Program-made: the position numbers and the translations under genes
NCBI GenBank assembly: GCA_964106645.2
Contig: OZ067051.1
DNA: 64,000 nt
Reading direction: 5' to 3' (one strand)
Source of the DNA: Podarcis pityusensis
Taxonomy: Eukaryota
Notes under the pieces: generated by a model
Told to the model about the DNA's origin: nothing
Seen by the model: the letters and a program-made list of their open reading frames with translations, nothing else
Databases searched by the model: none
Shown here: positions 1 through 13,400 of the stretch, one piece after another
Layout of the letters: each line of letters opens with the position of its first letter
Position numbering within the stretch: the first letter of the stretch is position 1

Positions 1-829
1 ATATTGGCCCTCCCCCAAGAATGCAAATCAGTGTCATGGGATTGACACTGCAGTGCTATTCAAGGACCTCCTAGTTGCAGCTCTGATTTTCAGCAACTTA
101 TGGGAAACCCACATCTTTCTTGCTGCACATAAGGGGAGCAGATGGAAGCAAGCTGGCAAGCTTGGAAAGAGGCAGGTAGTGGCTGCTGCTGCTGTTGCGG
201 CTGCTGCTGTGGTGTGTAGTTGGTGCTGCAGTGCAGCTTTCTTTCCTGCTAGTTCCTGGACTTTCTCTCTGCAGTGAGTGTGAAGCAGGAGCAGCATGAA
301 AGTGCCTCCTTGGTGAGCAGGAAGTAGGTGAGGGCTCTTTTCTTACCTGGCATTCTCCAGGAATGGAGTAAAGGCAGCCCTCTTGTCTCTCCTTAGGGTG
401 ATATTTGTAGCACCTTGTCAATGTGGATGGGTCATTTCAAGGGAATGAAAGAGGAATTGCCACTGTGGTTGACTCCTCCTTTGGACATATGGAAATCACC
501 TCCTTTTCTTTTCTTTTCCTCCCCTGTGGTTGGCTGAATCCTTTTAAAGCAGTCTTACACTGCAGGGTTTGTGGAGAGGGGCTGTCTTTGTAAGTCTGGA
601 AGGGCATTGCTTTATTCTTATTTAATTTCAAAAATACATATCTCTTGTTTTTAAATTTAAATAAGTTTCTAAAGCAATGCACAATACTGGTAAAACAGCA
701 CAATGTAAATGTAATAGCACATTATTATTAATTTTTAACTCAAAAGATCAGTGGAAATAAAATAAGTTGGACAACATAACAGGGAAGATAAAACAGGCTG
801 TACACAATTCAGCAAATAAAATTAAAATG

Positions 830-1200
830 TTGCTCATGAAAAGCTCCTACAAATGAAACAGTCTTTATCTGGCACTGGAAACTTAGCAAACGTGTGGAGC
901 AGCTGTATATGGAGGGCGTTGCAGTGATGGGACATAATCTCTCCAGCTACCACCTGCCTTGCTTCTGCAGGCAAAGGAAGGTTTGCATAGGAGTAGGTGG
1001 TCTTCCAGATAGCAAGGTTCTAAGGCATAAATGATTTTAAAAGGTAAAACTAGCAGTTTACCTGGGGGAAGTGGGAAATCTGGAGCTACTTTTGAACATA
1101 ATGGTGTGTTCCTCATTACTAGTACCAAGCAATAACCTAAACTGCAGCATTTTACATTTCTGCATTGTCTTCAAATATAATCTAAAGATAGATGGGCATA
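830..1200 (-). mobile_element. Degraded L2 LINE 3' fragment
   Basis: Minus-strand peptide KLLVLPFKIIYALEPCYLEDHL resembles the L2 ORF2 C-terminal FKxLxLxFKALxGLxPxYL motif; boundaries approximate. Confidence 0.6.
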
Positions 1201-1395
1201 GTATGGGCAATAGTGGCAAGGGGTCACAGCTAGTGAACCTGACTAGTCTGATGATGCAGATGCCCCAGGATATCCAAATTATTAGAAGGATTTAACAGCA
1301 CTCCAAAATTCTGGGCTTGATCCTTAAGGGGTGTATAGTCCCATTCCGAATAGGCCAAAACTGTCTTCCTAGTCACATTTTATTTGTTTCTTAAT

Positions 1396-1617
1396 TTATT
1401 GCATTTATAACTCTCCATTTCCTCCATGGAGTATGAGGTGGTATACATCATGCCCCTCCTCCTTCATTTAACTCCCACAACAGCCTTGTGAGGTAGGTTA
1501 GGTTGAGAAGCAGTGATGGCCCCTGGTTACCCAGTGAGCATCATGGCCAATTGGGGATTTGAACCCTGGTCTCCCAAGTCCTAGTCTGACACTTTAACTT
1601 CTATACCATTCTGGCTT
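1396..1617 (-). mobile_element. Squamate tRNA-derived SINE (Squam3-like)
   Basis: A-box-like head, B box GGTTCAAATCC (1555-1565), core aacctacctcacaaggctgttgtg. Confidence 0.8.
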
Positions 1618-1734
1618 AGATGAAATTCCTCTAAAAAGCAGTTCTGTCTTGCCTGGACTCACATAGTATATAAGCCCCCATCCAATCCATTACTGACCTC
1701 TGACACCTATTCAGAACTATTTGCTCCTCTTGTT

Positions 1735-2200
1735 CACCTGAAACCAGAACTCTTCCTGCTGGGACTAATGGCTGTACAACTAGAAAAAGAATATGGAATA
1801 CAATATATGATCACAGCAGTGAGATTTTAATAAGCACAACAAAGACAGAAGAACTTACTATTACCTACTATGAAAGAATGGTTATTGAAATTAATGGATT
1901 TGGCCGAGATTGCAAAGTTGACATGTTAGAGAAAAATCATTGTTGACATTTTGAAGACTGAAAAAAGTTGGTTTATGTAAAGTAGAAGAGTTGGATGTTA
2001 TTGTGGAGTAAGTTTTTGCACAAGCTTTTAAAACTAATAGATGGAGAATTGGAAATCTTTTCTTTTTTCCTTCTTTTTCTGTAACTTATTTATTTTAGCT
2101 TTTATGTTTAAAAATGCTGGAAATTTAATGCTGAATTCTTTATATTGTTTATTCCTTGTTTGTTTTTCAAGCTTTAATAAAAATAGCTTTTTAAAAAAAT
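1735..2200 (+). mobile_element. L1-clade LINE 3' fragment
   Basis: Degenerate ORF2 C-terminus (KPELFLLG...YMITA...EWLLKLMDLAEIAKLT), T-rich UTR, AATAAA and A-run. Confidence 0.7.
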
Positions 2201-2984
2201 AACTTTTAGCTCCTCTCCTAAATTCAAGGAAGACTGGAAGGTCCTTGAGGGACGTTTTCCTGATTCCCACTATTTCACTTCATTCATTCAAGCAGCACCA
2301 TGATAAGCTGAATGTTAGGGAACATAATGAGGAAATCTGTTTTGTATGGAGTATAGATTACAATGTATGCAACTTAAATTGGTACATATTGTTTGGTCTT
2401 AAATTGTTCTATCATTATCAAATTGAGCATACATGCTTCTTGTGTGTATGTCTTGTACATTTTAAATAACCGTAGAAATGACAGCCAGAGAGCCTGTCTT
2501 GGGTGGTCCCAGTTTCATTCTTTATTGTCCCAGTTCCTTTAGTCCTTACTGAAATTGGAATATTCTGTGTACAATTTTGAGCAGAACCTGAGACTGGATA
2601 GCCCAGGGCAGAAGAGATGCATTTCATTCAGGGTGCCCCATTGCACTGAAAGGTATTCTCCCCCCCCCCCGGTCTATTCAAACAAATTAAGCCCAATAGT
2701 GTTAGAAAAAATAAATACTTTAGCTCCAGGTCAGTCCCCTGGTACTCCAGGGAGCTTGTGGTCATAAATCTTCAGTAGCCCACTGTAATTTACTTGCAAA
2801 TAACTTCAAATTGGGTTCTGCTTTGAATACTGCAAAAATATGGGCTGCTGCCTTGACTGCATCTGGTAGCACTTGCTTGGATGAGTTTCAGTTGTTGCAG
2901 CCAGAGGGTGAAGGCAGGATGCATGGAGAGACAAAGTTTCCCACTTCTGTGCTCTGTTGGAAGCTGCTGCCAAATAAACCTTCC

Positions 2985-3585
2985 TTGGACCATCACCATG
3001 AGCTAAATATAAATCAGCAATCCAATGCAGTAACTAAAAAGGCCAATACAATTCTAGACTGCATTAACCAATGTATAAAATGTCCACACCACAAAACTAA
3101 TGATGGCACCCTATTCTGCTTTGGTCAGACCTCATCTAGACCTACCTGTGTCCAGCTGTGGTGGGCACAGCAGCTGAAGGAGTTCCCAACTGGAGTGTGC
3201 CCAGAAATGGGCAACAAAGATGGTGAGGCCCCTGGGAACCACATCCTGTGAGGAAAAGATGAAGGAGGTGGGTATGTTTAGCCAGGAGAAGAGACCATTA
3301 AGAGGTGAGATGAGACAAAACCATGTTCATATACTTAAAGAGTGTCACATAGATAATGGAGCAATTTATTTCTCCAGAGAATAGGACCCGAACTAATAGG
3401 TTAAAATTATAGGATTTCTACTAACCATTAGAATGAGCTTTCAATGGTGGAAGAGACTGCCTTGGAAGGTGGGGGGCTCTCCTTAATTATAGGTTTTTTT
3501 AGTGCAAGTTGTATGGTCACCCATCATAAATGCTTTAGCAGTAGACTGACAAGTGGGGCTGAGCTGAGGTACCTTCCAGTTCTTT
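2985..3585 (+). mobile_element. CR1 LINE 3' fragment
   Basis: KKANTILDCIN, ttggtcagacctcatct and gagaagaga...agaggtga motifs typical of the CR1 ORF2 end. Confidence 0.8.
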
Positions 3586-4330
3586 GTGTGTCCAGCCTTA
3601 CTCATTGATACAGGTGCTTGAATTGGTGGTAAGGACCTGGCTCCAAATATTCCTAAATGGTGCTGATGATATGGACTTATTTCATCTCACTTCCAGCCTG
3701 CTTTTAGGACTAAAACTGCTTTGGTCAGCAAGGCAACATCGATGAAGCTGATCAGCATTGATGAAGCTGGTCAGTGCAGTGTACATCACTGCAGTGTAGT
3801 ATAAATCTGTGCTAAATGAAATAGGACATACACAAGCCCATTCTTCAGCTTTCCATAGTGCCAGGTGGCTGAGGCAAACAGTCCCTATGAAGGAATATTC
3901 TCTGGACAGTGTGGAAGAAACTCAACTCATGGACCTGAAGGTGACTCCCACCGCATGATGGGGAAGCCACATGGATTACCTGGAGAGGCTAAACTGCTGT
4001 TTGGAAGGACAGACTGAGCACCCTGCTGGGATAGGAAGGTGATTAGCCCTCATAGATTACGTGGATTAAAGAGCAAACTCTGAGGCTATCAGGATGCTCA
4101 GGGGCTTTGGGAAAGTGATTAGGCAGTAGAAGCTTGGACTAGAGTTGGACTCTCATCCAAGGAGCAAAGCATCCAATGCACAGAAAAGGACTCTTGTTCC
4201 TACTGGGTGGTCAAACCCACTTCCTCACCCAAGGTACAAGCCAGGCCTGTGTTCCTCTTAATCAGTGTACAGCTTTGGTCTCTTCCAGGAGAGCACATGA
4301 ACTCATTCCTCTCTCCCTTTCTCTCAACAG

Positions 4331-4432
4331 GTCTTCGCTCATGGGACATTGACCTCTCTTCCTGTGACCTTAATCAGCAACTGAGACTGTTTGTTACGCG
4401 TCATCTTGCACATTTTTCATCAGAGGTCAAAG
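4331..4432 (+). CDS. MAP1A: MAP1A exon (MAP1B exon-2 equivalent), GLRSWDIDLSSCDLNQQLRLFVTRHLAHFSSEVKG
   Basis: Pyrimidine tract + caacag| acceptor, AG|gtcagt donor, 102 bp, phase 1-1, MAP1-family peptide. Confidence 0.92.
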
Positions 4433-7400
4433 GTCAGTGCCCACCTTGTTTATCTTAATTTTTGAGATTTGCATTTATGCCCAGAGCTACTGTCAGCTTT
4501 GAGGGAGGCTTCTGGGGTGATGTGCTGTCTCCTGGTGGCTTCAGAAATAGGAGCAGAGCTCTGTCTGCTGCCAGCCTTACTCTTTCCTACAGTGCACTGG
4601 GATGCTAGTGGCATCTGACCCAGCCCCAAGGGAGAGTCTATGGGGCACAATGGGCTACTCCAAGTTGGGGGGGGGGTCCAAGTTGGGGGCTAGGAAGCAG
4701 CCTCAGGCTGCAGTTGCAGCACCATGGACAGCTCCAAATGGGCAGCTTGGAGTTGCTGCACTCCACTGACATTTTATGTTTGTATTGGGCTGGGGTCCTC
4801 AAACTTTTTAAACAGGGGGCCAGTTCACCGTCCCTCGGACACTGTTGGGGGCCAGACTATAGTCTGAAAAAAATATGAATTAATTCCTATACACACTGCA
4901 CATATTTTATTTGTAGTGCACAAAAAACAGGAAAAACAATACAATATTTAAAATGAAGAACAATTTTAATCAACATAAACAAGCCAGGCCCAAGCCAGGG
5001 GTGAGGTGGGGTAGGGGGATCCCCTCTCAAAGTTTCTGCATTTGCATATAATATTTTGGGGTGGGGCCACCGAAGGCTACATAAATGTGCTGTTCCACAC
5101 AAACTCCCATTTCAATACACACACCTTTGAAGGGGAAAGGGCAAGATATTGCTGTGGGAGCAGGAGGGAGGGAAAGAGATGCCTGCTATCCCACCGCAAG
5201 GCTGTGGCAGTTGAGGGCTGGCAGTGGAGACCACGCAGCTTGCCCTTCCAGACTTACAGCATTGGGGAAGGGGGGTGTTTGCTCCACACAACCTCCCACC
5301 CAACAGCACCCCCTAAACATCCGACTCACCCCCTCCTTTCCCGACTATTAGGAGGGAAGTGATTGTGGGGGGGGGAGAACCCTCCTCACCTTTCACCCCC
5401 CAAAAATAAAACACCCGCCCATTCAAGTGAGGGGGGGATGAGTAGGCGGATCCCCACCACCACTTCTCCTCACAGGAAGGAGGCTCCGCTGCCACTGCAT
5501 GGTCCGGCCCCACTGCGCCCCCGCCACCGTTCATAGGAGGAGGGCAGTCCGGCTGAGGAGGAGTGGGAGGGCTGAGGCAGGTGGTGGCGGCAGTGGTGCA
5601 GGGTGGCACACTGAGGCAGCTCCTGCTCCTCCCGCTGCTGCTGTCTGTGGAGCGGCAGCGGTGGTGGCTTCTCCTCCCTCTCCCTCAGTCGCCTCTCTCT
5701 CGCCCCGTGCGCGCCTCTCCTCAGCTCCACTGCTGCATGAATGAAGAGCCGGCGCCTCATAAACACCCTCCTTTTCTCCCCTCCCCCACTTCCTCCTCTC
5801 CTTTGGGTTCTGCAATGGCTGGGCGGGTCAGTTTTAGGACCCTGGCGGGCCAGATCCAGCCCACGGACCGTAGTTTGAGGACCCCTGGTCTTGGGCCTGA
5901 TCTCCCCACTCCTTCAGTCTCTCCCCCAGATCCTCAAGAGTGGAGACTCCCTGACGCCAGTCCTTTGGCCTGAATCCCAGCTATCACCCTGTTACCTTGA
6001 GAGTGGCTGGGGTAACTGAATCCAGATGAGTGGCATATAAATAAACAAATTATCATAATTATCATAATTATTAATTATTAATTATTAATTATTAATAATT
6101 ATTATTATTATTATCATCATCATCATCCTCTCCCGCTTTCTATATCACCCGTGTTTGAGAGTGGGGTAGGGGTGGGGTGTCAAGGGTTCCTTGTGAGAAT
6201 CAGGCTCCGGAAGTGCTGTCTTTGTGGAGTTGTCTGTGACAGGGGGGTCAGATACAGACTAAGGCTCATTGTTGGGGATTGAAGTTTAGCCCCTTTTCTG
6301 TTTGTATTCCTGCTATGCCTGGTGCAGCAGGCTTCTCCACTTCTGCTTCAAGATTCCTGGTAACTGCTTGGGTTCAGGGTCATGGTAGGCATCCTGAGGA
6401 GACGGAAGCAGGGTGGTGGCAGCTGGAGCTCTGCTTCTTCTGAGCCAACATCTCCTACAACCAGGGCTCAGTTCTGGCACCTCTCAGGTAGGAATAGGAA
6501 TAGACGGGTGGAAAGATCAAGCTAGATATCATCAGCATAACACCACAGAGGTAGCTTAGAAGGAACAAAGGGAGGGGGCTGAGAACAGAGAACTATCAAG
6601 TCTCCAAATGGAAGGAGAAACCTGAGAAGAGGTAGCCATGGAAAAGAGACTTCAGAACCACAGGAGTTACCGTAATTCATGGAAGGATGTTGCTACATCT
6701 CAAAGAGCAAACTGAACTAAGAAAGAAAGAGATGTCAAGAAAGAGTGTTGCACTTCCATCTTTAAGGTGCCACAACACTCTTTGTTGTTGTCTCATTTAT
6801 TATTCTAAGCTTTAGTGACTGACATCCACTTCCTTGCATGCAACCATGGACAGTGCTGATGAAATAATTGGGGAAGCAGCTTGTGTAAAGCAAGGAGGGA
6901 CAACCCTGAAGAATGCGAGAAGTCAGAGATGCAGGAAAGGATGTAAACAGGCCTGTCTCCTGATGCTTTCCCTTCATGGAAGGATAGCAAGAGAGTCAGG
7001 AGTTTGTGTGCAGCTCATTACCCATGGTATCCTGGCCTTTGGTTCATGGCTAGATCTACACAGAGCTCAATCTTGCTTCTAACAGGTTCTGGTCTGCAAG
7101 ATCCCTGGAGATTTCAGCTCATGTGTCATCACCTGTTTAACATTTCAAAGTCTCCATGCAAGTCAATGGAACGGGAGGCTTCTGTAGGATGAGTTTTATG
7201 GGTAGGAGAGGATATATTAACTGCAATTTATCCCTTTTGGCTCCCACGTGTGTAGGTTGAACAGAGTTTTAAAATCCCATCCTTGGCAGCAAAAATTTAA
7301 AGCATAAGAATTAGGCTGTAGAATCATAGAATTGTAGAGTTGGAAGGAATCCCAAGGGTCATCTAGTCCAACCCCCTTGCAATGCAGGAATCTCAGCTAA

Positions 7401-10400
7401 AGCATCCATGACAGATGGTCATCCAACCTCTGCTTAAAAAGCTCCAAAGAAGGAGGGTCTACTTCAATGCCTACTTTTAAAGTCCACTGTAAAGCCTACT
7501 TTTGAGCAAGTTCAGCTATGAAATAACCTGGTTTTCTATTTCTTACCCCACTTAACAAAGAATCAAGAAACAACTTGTAAAGTAAGTTTAAAACAATATT
7601 TACTTCCTTTATAACCTTCCACTGGTTCACAATAAAGGCAGCAGTAAAAACTATGCAGGCAAAACATGTATTCATATCTACAGTATAACCAGCTTCAGCC
7701 TATAGCTGGAGCAAGTGGAGGTTTGTCTGTATCCAATGCTTGTCAAAGAAAGAAAGGGAGGGAGGGAGGAAGAAGCAGGAAATGCTACATGCTCCTTCTA
7801 CAGCAGAAGAGGGAGAAATGACATCACACAGATGTCTACCAATTGTATTTCTATGGTCTGAGTATCTGCCTGTCAACAATACAGCTCTGTGGTGTTAGCC
7901 CCTTCTCATGCTAACTAGCAAGAATATGTATTTCTAAAGTTTGGCTGCTAATGTCCCACATCTTCTACACACAGCTGAGTGCTTGGCTAGGCCACGGTGG
8001 AGAGTTAAGCGCATGACAGATTTGCTGCAACCTGACAAATATGAGAATCCAAATCTGCCTCAGCCCTGCTGGTGACCTGAAATATTAAGAGCATTGAAGG
8101 TCTGCCATACACTACTCTGTCCTGCCACAGTCTTCCAGTCAGCAATAGGGGTGTAACACTGAGCTGCTCCTTGTTTAATGCTTCCCAGCTCAATCTGCAA
8201 TGCAAGCATAAAATGATGGATATCATGGCAAAAGTGTAAGCTGCACTCTCAGCTTCCACCCAACCTGCAACAGGGGCCTAACAGCTGTGGACAAGTATTA
8301 GACCCCTATTTTTGGAAACCGTAGGATTCAGTGTGAGCTGTGCTGCCACTCCCTGCTAGCCACAACCCCTGTCAAGGGGTTAATGAACAGTATTTGCTTT
8401 GGAGTTTGTATTAGCAGGGATAATTTAAAAATGTTTCACACTAAATAAGAAATGAATTTGCAACAAAGGAAAGAGTTTCTGCTCTAACATTTTTTTGGAG
8501 GGTGGGTGGACACACTGCTGCCCAAATCTATCTATATTAAAATATTGGACTTTTCCATTAATTTCTATAGGTCACTCTCACTTTCATCCCTCGAGCAATT
8601 TAGCCTATCAACACAATGGTCAACTCTGTCCTTTCTGTATCTGGGTGTCTCTCTTTTGCTGGAGAGAAATGGATCACGAGAGACTGGAGGAGGAGACAGC
8701 AGCACAGAGGCCAAGCTGCCCACCTCCTACTCTCATTATGCCTTATTTGCTCCCCTCCAGTTTTCTTTTCCAACTGACCACAGGTTCCGTGGATATGAAG
8801 CAATCTGAAATCTGAATTTAATCTGTGGAAATCTGAATTTAAGATTGGAAAACTGATAAACTGAAATAATGATACCCACCCATCCCTAGTGGATGGTGCT
8901 GTTTTGCCTTCATGCAAATCTGTACTCACCCCTGATCTTTGCGAAGAGAGGGAAGGAGGATGACACACCTATACAATGTTTATTGGGGAGTTGGGGTGAA
9001 GTAATATTCTTTGCAATTGTTGTTTCTTATGAGATAAGCCAGTATCACACTCTTCCATATAGAACCTCCCTGGATTGTGTACTCATTGCAGCTCAGTACA
9101 TGCACTTCCAAGTCAGTTATAGGCACCTGTCAACTCCTGTAGGTGAGGCATGAAATTTTCCCTATTACTCTCTTGCACGAAGAGGCTGGAATTCCATTAT
9201 ATACAAAGCCCTTCTAAGACACAAATGTATTTCCCAAGCTGAAAATCACACCTCTACCCTCACAGGCACCAAGCTTTTATGTGCTGGTCATTTGTCAGGA
9301 ATCAGCTGGATATCCTGTTCTGTAGACGTCTTAATTTCCTGGAGTTTTGCTGCATTCGCTGGAATGCATTATACTGATGGAGATGATGTCCCAGTCTCCC
9401 TGTTCAGCTTTCTCAGTGCTGGACAGAGAAGCACAACTCAAGTGTGTTTGCCACTGCTAGAGATATTCTGGGACAATATCTGATCTTCCACATCTTGAGT
9501 AAGATGAACAGGCCAGCCTCTACACAAAAGAAGAATAAGACCTCAGAAATGGCAACATTAAGAATTAGTGTTTGTTAATGGTGATTTCTTAATGGTGGTG
9601 CTACATATAAATTAATTAATCAGTAAGAACAGCAACAGTTTAACTGCTTTCCTGTTCTTGTTAACCTTAGCAGAACTAGTCCACTAAATGCATCCCTTGC
9701 CTGGACTAGGTTGGACATCTCCCTGGACACCTTAATTTAGACCAGATTTGAGCTGGGCTTGACAGGCAGAAGCTATAGCAGGAGTGGCCAAGCACATACT
9801 TGGCCTGGCCAGTTGAAAGGCTTCCTGTTGCCAATTGCTCTGAATGTGGCAACACCTCCTCTTCCTTCCAGGCCAGCAAATCCTTCCAACAGCCATGAAC
9901 AGCACTCCCAGGCCAGAGTGGCTTCCTGGCCACAGAAGTGGAACTTCTTGCTTCAAGCCCCCAAACTCCTCCCATCTCTCTTGTCTTTTTATTTACAACC
10001 AGCCTGGCAGAGCTTAGCAGACCCTCTGGGCAGCAACTGGGGTTAAGAGGACCTGTAATTCATTTCGGTTCTCTTAATCATATGGGATCTGTACGTTCAT
10101 TTCCAGGCCCAAGATGACAGCCAAGCATGGTTTAATGATGGGAGGATGCCTCCTGTTGTGGTTCCCTTTGGGCACCAGATAGTGACATTGGATGTATGCT
10201 AAAGCACATCCAAATGGGGGCTCAGCTCAGGCATGCCAAATCCTGCTCCCCCCCCCAAAAAAAATAATTCTCTCTGCAGTTGGGCATCATTTTCTTGTGT
10301 GGAAACAGCTCCCCACATTTCCCAGGGAATCTGGCTTCTCTTCCATTTTCACAGCAGCCCGTTTCGGTGACTTGGGAGAAAGCCCCATTGGAAACAACGG

Positions 10401-13400
10401 GACTTAATTTGGAGACGACTTGACTGCACTGTTGATGCATCCTCTAGAACAGCACTTGCGGGCTCCCCTTCCCCAGGTCTTGCAAGAGGGAAGTGGAGTG
10501 GCTCCTTTTGCATCCACAACCTGAGCGAGCTCCTGTTCTGCGGAAGAGCCGTGCAACGCCCCCCACTTCCAGCCCTCTCTTGCCCCTTTCCTGCTCAGTC
10601 GTGTGCTTGGGCAGTTCGGAGGCTTTGGGCCTTGCCGCGGCTCACGAGGGGTTAAGGCTGCCGGGGCGGGGGGGGAGCAGCTCCGCCCCCTCCTCCCCCC
10701 CACTTCGCCGCCGCCGCTTTGCACTGACAGCAGCTGCCTGGCGCAGCCCAGGCCCAGCCGGCATCGTCGCGGAGGGCAGCCGAGGGCGGAGGGACTTGTC
10801 GCCACCTCACCGGGTACGTGCATGGGGTGGGGGGAGCGGGGATGGGACCGGCCGCGGCCGGCCAGCCGGCCAGAGGGGTAGGATCCTGGGAGGACGAGGG
10901 TGGCCAGAGCCCTACGTGCATCGCACGGGCCGAGAGGAGGCCCGTCGGGGGACGGAAGGGGGGCTGCACCCCGCATGCCCGACCTCCGGAAGGGAGCGGA
11001 GTGGGGAGAGGAGGGAGGGGGCGCAGCAGCATCCTCGTACGCAGGTGCTGCCCGCCCCCCCCGGGCTTCATTGCTTCCCCCCGCGGGGACGTGCCCCGAG
11101 GGGTATCCCTGCCCGGGGGGGGGGGGGCGGACTGGTCTTGGGCAGATGGGCCAGCTAGCCCTCCTGGGACTGGAAGGCGGAGGCGCTGGTGCTTTTGCTC
11201 CGGAAGGGGCAGCTCGCAGGCTGGCTAGCTAGCCTGCCCATCAAGGCCTCCGGGAAAGGGTCCGGCCAGCGCCCCCTTTCGCCTTTGCCGGGGAGGGGGG
11301 ACGCGGTGGCGGAGGCTCTTGAGCGCGCACGCGAGGCGCGCACACTGCGGCAAATTTTGCAGCTGGCGCCCGCCTGCTCCAAGTGCCGCGTGGGGTGGGG
11401 GTGGGGGGCGCAGGGAGTCAGCTTGGCGGCCTCCGGCCTGCCGGACCCCTTGGGAGCACGCCTCCTCCGGGACCAGCCCCCGCCTTCTCAGACACCGATG
11501 CTTCCAGAAGCGGTGCGGGAGGGGGGATGTTCTCCAAGAGCTCTTGAACGCTGCCGGAGATGCCGGAGATGGATTGGAAAGAAGCACTGCCCCCCCCCCC
11601 CCGCACATGCTTTCTGCTGGCCTGCTTGCCCAGCCCCCGTCGTTCCCCGCGTTGCTGCTCAGATGTCTCAGCTTAGTCCCGTGGAGTTCCCCCTCTTCTT
11701 CCAACATGGGTGCCCCACCCTCTGGTGCCAGTGAGGATGCCAGCAGCACGGTGCCAAGCATCATCTTGTCTGCCAGTCAGGTCAAGCTCTCTCTCTCTCT
11801 GACCCCCCCCCCCCAGTCCCACTGCCTCTTGGAAGCCCCTTCCCACATCAAGGGTCTTAAGCACTTTAGAGGAGCCCTGCAGCTGCAAGATCAGGCCTAA
11901 GGGGGCTCAGCTGGTACTGTACTCTGTTTTCACAATGGCCAAGCAGGTGCCCCAAGGGGAAGCTCAAAAGCAGGACAAGAGCACAGTGCTCCTCCACATT
12001 TCCTCAGCATCCTGACCCTGGAGGGAGAACACAGCCATTTGTGCTTGCACTAATTGGTAACCTTATCCCCCTCCATGAAGTTGTCCACTCCTCTTTTCAA
12101 GTTTTCCCCATTTGTGACCACCATCACTGCCTCTCCTAGGAGTGAATTTCAGGGTTTAACTCTGTGCTGCTGTGTGAAGGAGTCCTTCCTTTTGTCTGGC
12201 CTGGACCATCCTGGCTGAGCCAAAGAAAGGAGGCCCCAGAAGCCTCCTGCTGATGGAAGGCTTTTCTTCCTGCATGTGGACAATCTGTGAAAGTCACTAT
12301 CTGAAGCTACAGGAACATCTGTCTAAGAACAAATCAGTGGGGCTTAAAGGTGCTTAGCTTTGGCTGGATTGTGCCCTAAGCAAGGCATTATCTTTATTGG
12401 ATCAGCTGGCTGGTATGGAGGAGATACAGGCTTTTGAGTCATACAACCCTCTTTATCAGGCAGAATGGAATGGAAGCCAAATCTTGGGGTGGGGATGCTG
12501 CTTCCTCATGCAGAAGCTTCCAGTGGCATCCTGTGGCCATCCATTGCAAACGCTTCAACACTAGAGAAGAATATCAATTTGATTGCCAAAGGTTGCAGGG
12601 CATTACAGGGAGCCAGGAGGCCTGGTTGCAACCCTAGGCTTGGCTACTCAGAAGTAAGCCACATTGAATTATCTGGAACTTACTTCCAGGTAAGTGTGTG
12701 TAGGACTGAATTCTTAATTTTTTTCCTCCTCCAGGCATAAAGGCCAAGGTACAGTGCAATTACCTCTGAGGGTGAGGACTGGGTTAGTTATGCAGAAGGA
12801 TACAGCCAGAGTTTGCATCCAGAATCGCTTCCCTGCTTCTCCAGCTCTGAAAGGTGAAGGGTAGTAGTGCCTCAGTCATTAGATCACCTCCTTTGTCTGC
12901 AAAAGGTCCCAAGCTTAGTCCTTGATGACATCTTCAGGTAGACCTGGGAATGTCCCCTGACATCATGGAGTCTCATTGTTGCCAATCAGTGTATAAAAAA
13001 CTGAGTTTGGTGGACCCCATTGGTCTGGTTCTGTATAAGGCAACTGCTTCCACTGTGGTTCCAAAGTAGTCAGAGTAGACCGAGTGTAGGAGGCCAACCT
13101 GCTATGCAAATTTTGGAGTGGATTTTGCACCCCTGATGCAAATAATTTTGCATTCCCAAAGGCACGCCTCATGGAGTTCTGGAGACTCATGAACTCTGGA
13201 GTTCCTGTACTCGATCATTTTAAGGCTGCTTTCTTCGTGGTATTTTTAAAAACTTTGTATTATTTCCCTAAGCTACAGAGTAATTCCCAATAAAACAAGT
13301 AAATAAGAATCCATAAAAAACACAGTCCATTAAAAGAACAACAAATCACTAAGCAACATTTAATAGCAGCAATCGGACCTCTCCTCCAAATGCCCTCCAA

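Noticed and set aside
34-421. (GCT)n poly-Ala ORFs and a gtgagt donor at 274 as a possible MAP1A first exon
   Set aside because: The only phase-compatible ATG I traced (36) hits TAG after 12 codons; no MAP1B exon-1-like peptide.
5313-5973. GC-rich ORFs and apparent CpG island that might be MAP1A exon 1
   Set aside because: Lies downstream of the exon-2 equivalent and inside hAT TIRs; no MAP1 homology.
7488-7960. TG...CA bounded segment resembling a solo LTR
   Set aside because: No matching target-site duplication and no second copy in the window.
10404-11900. Many overlapping 100-220 aa ORFs
   Set aside because: High-GC CpG-island artefacts; P/G/R/A-rich with no domain.
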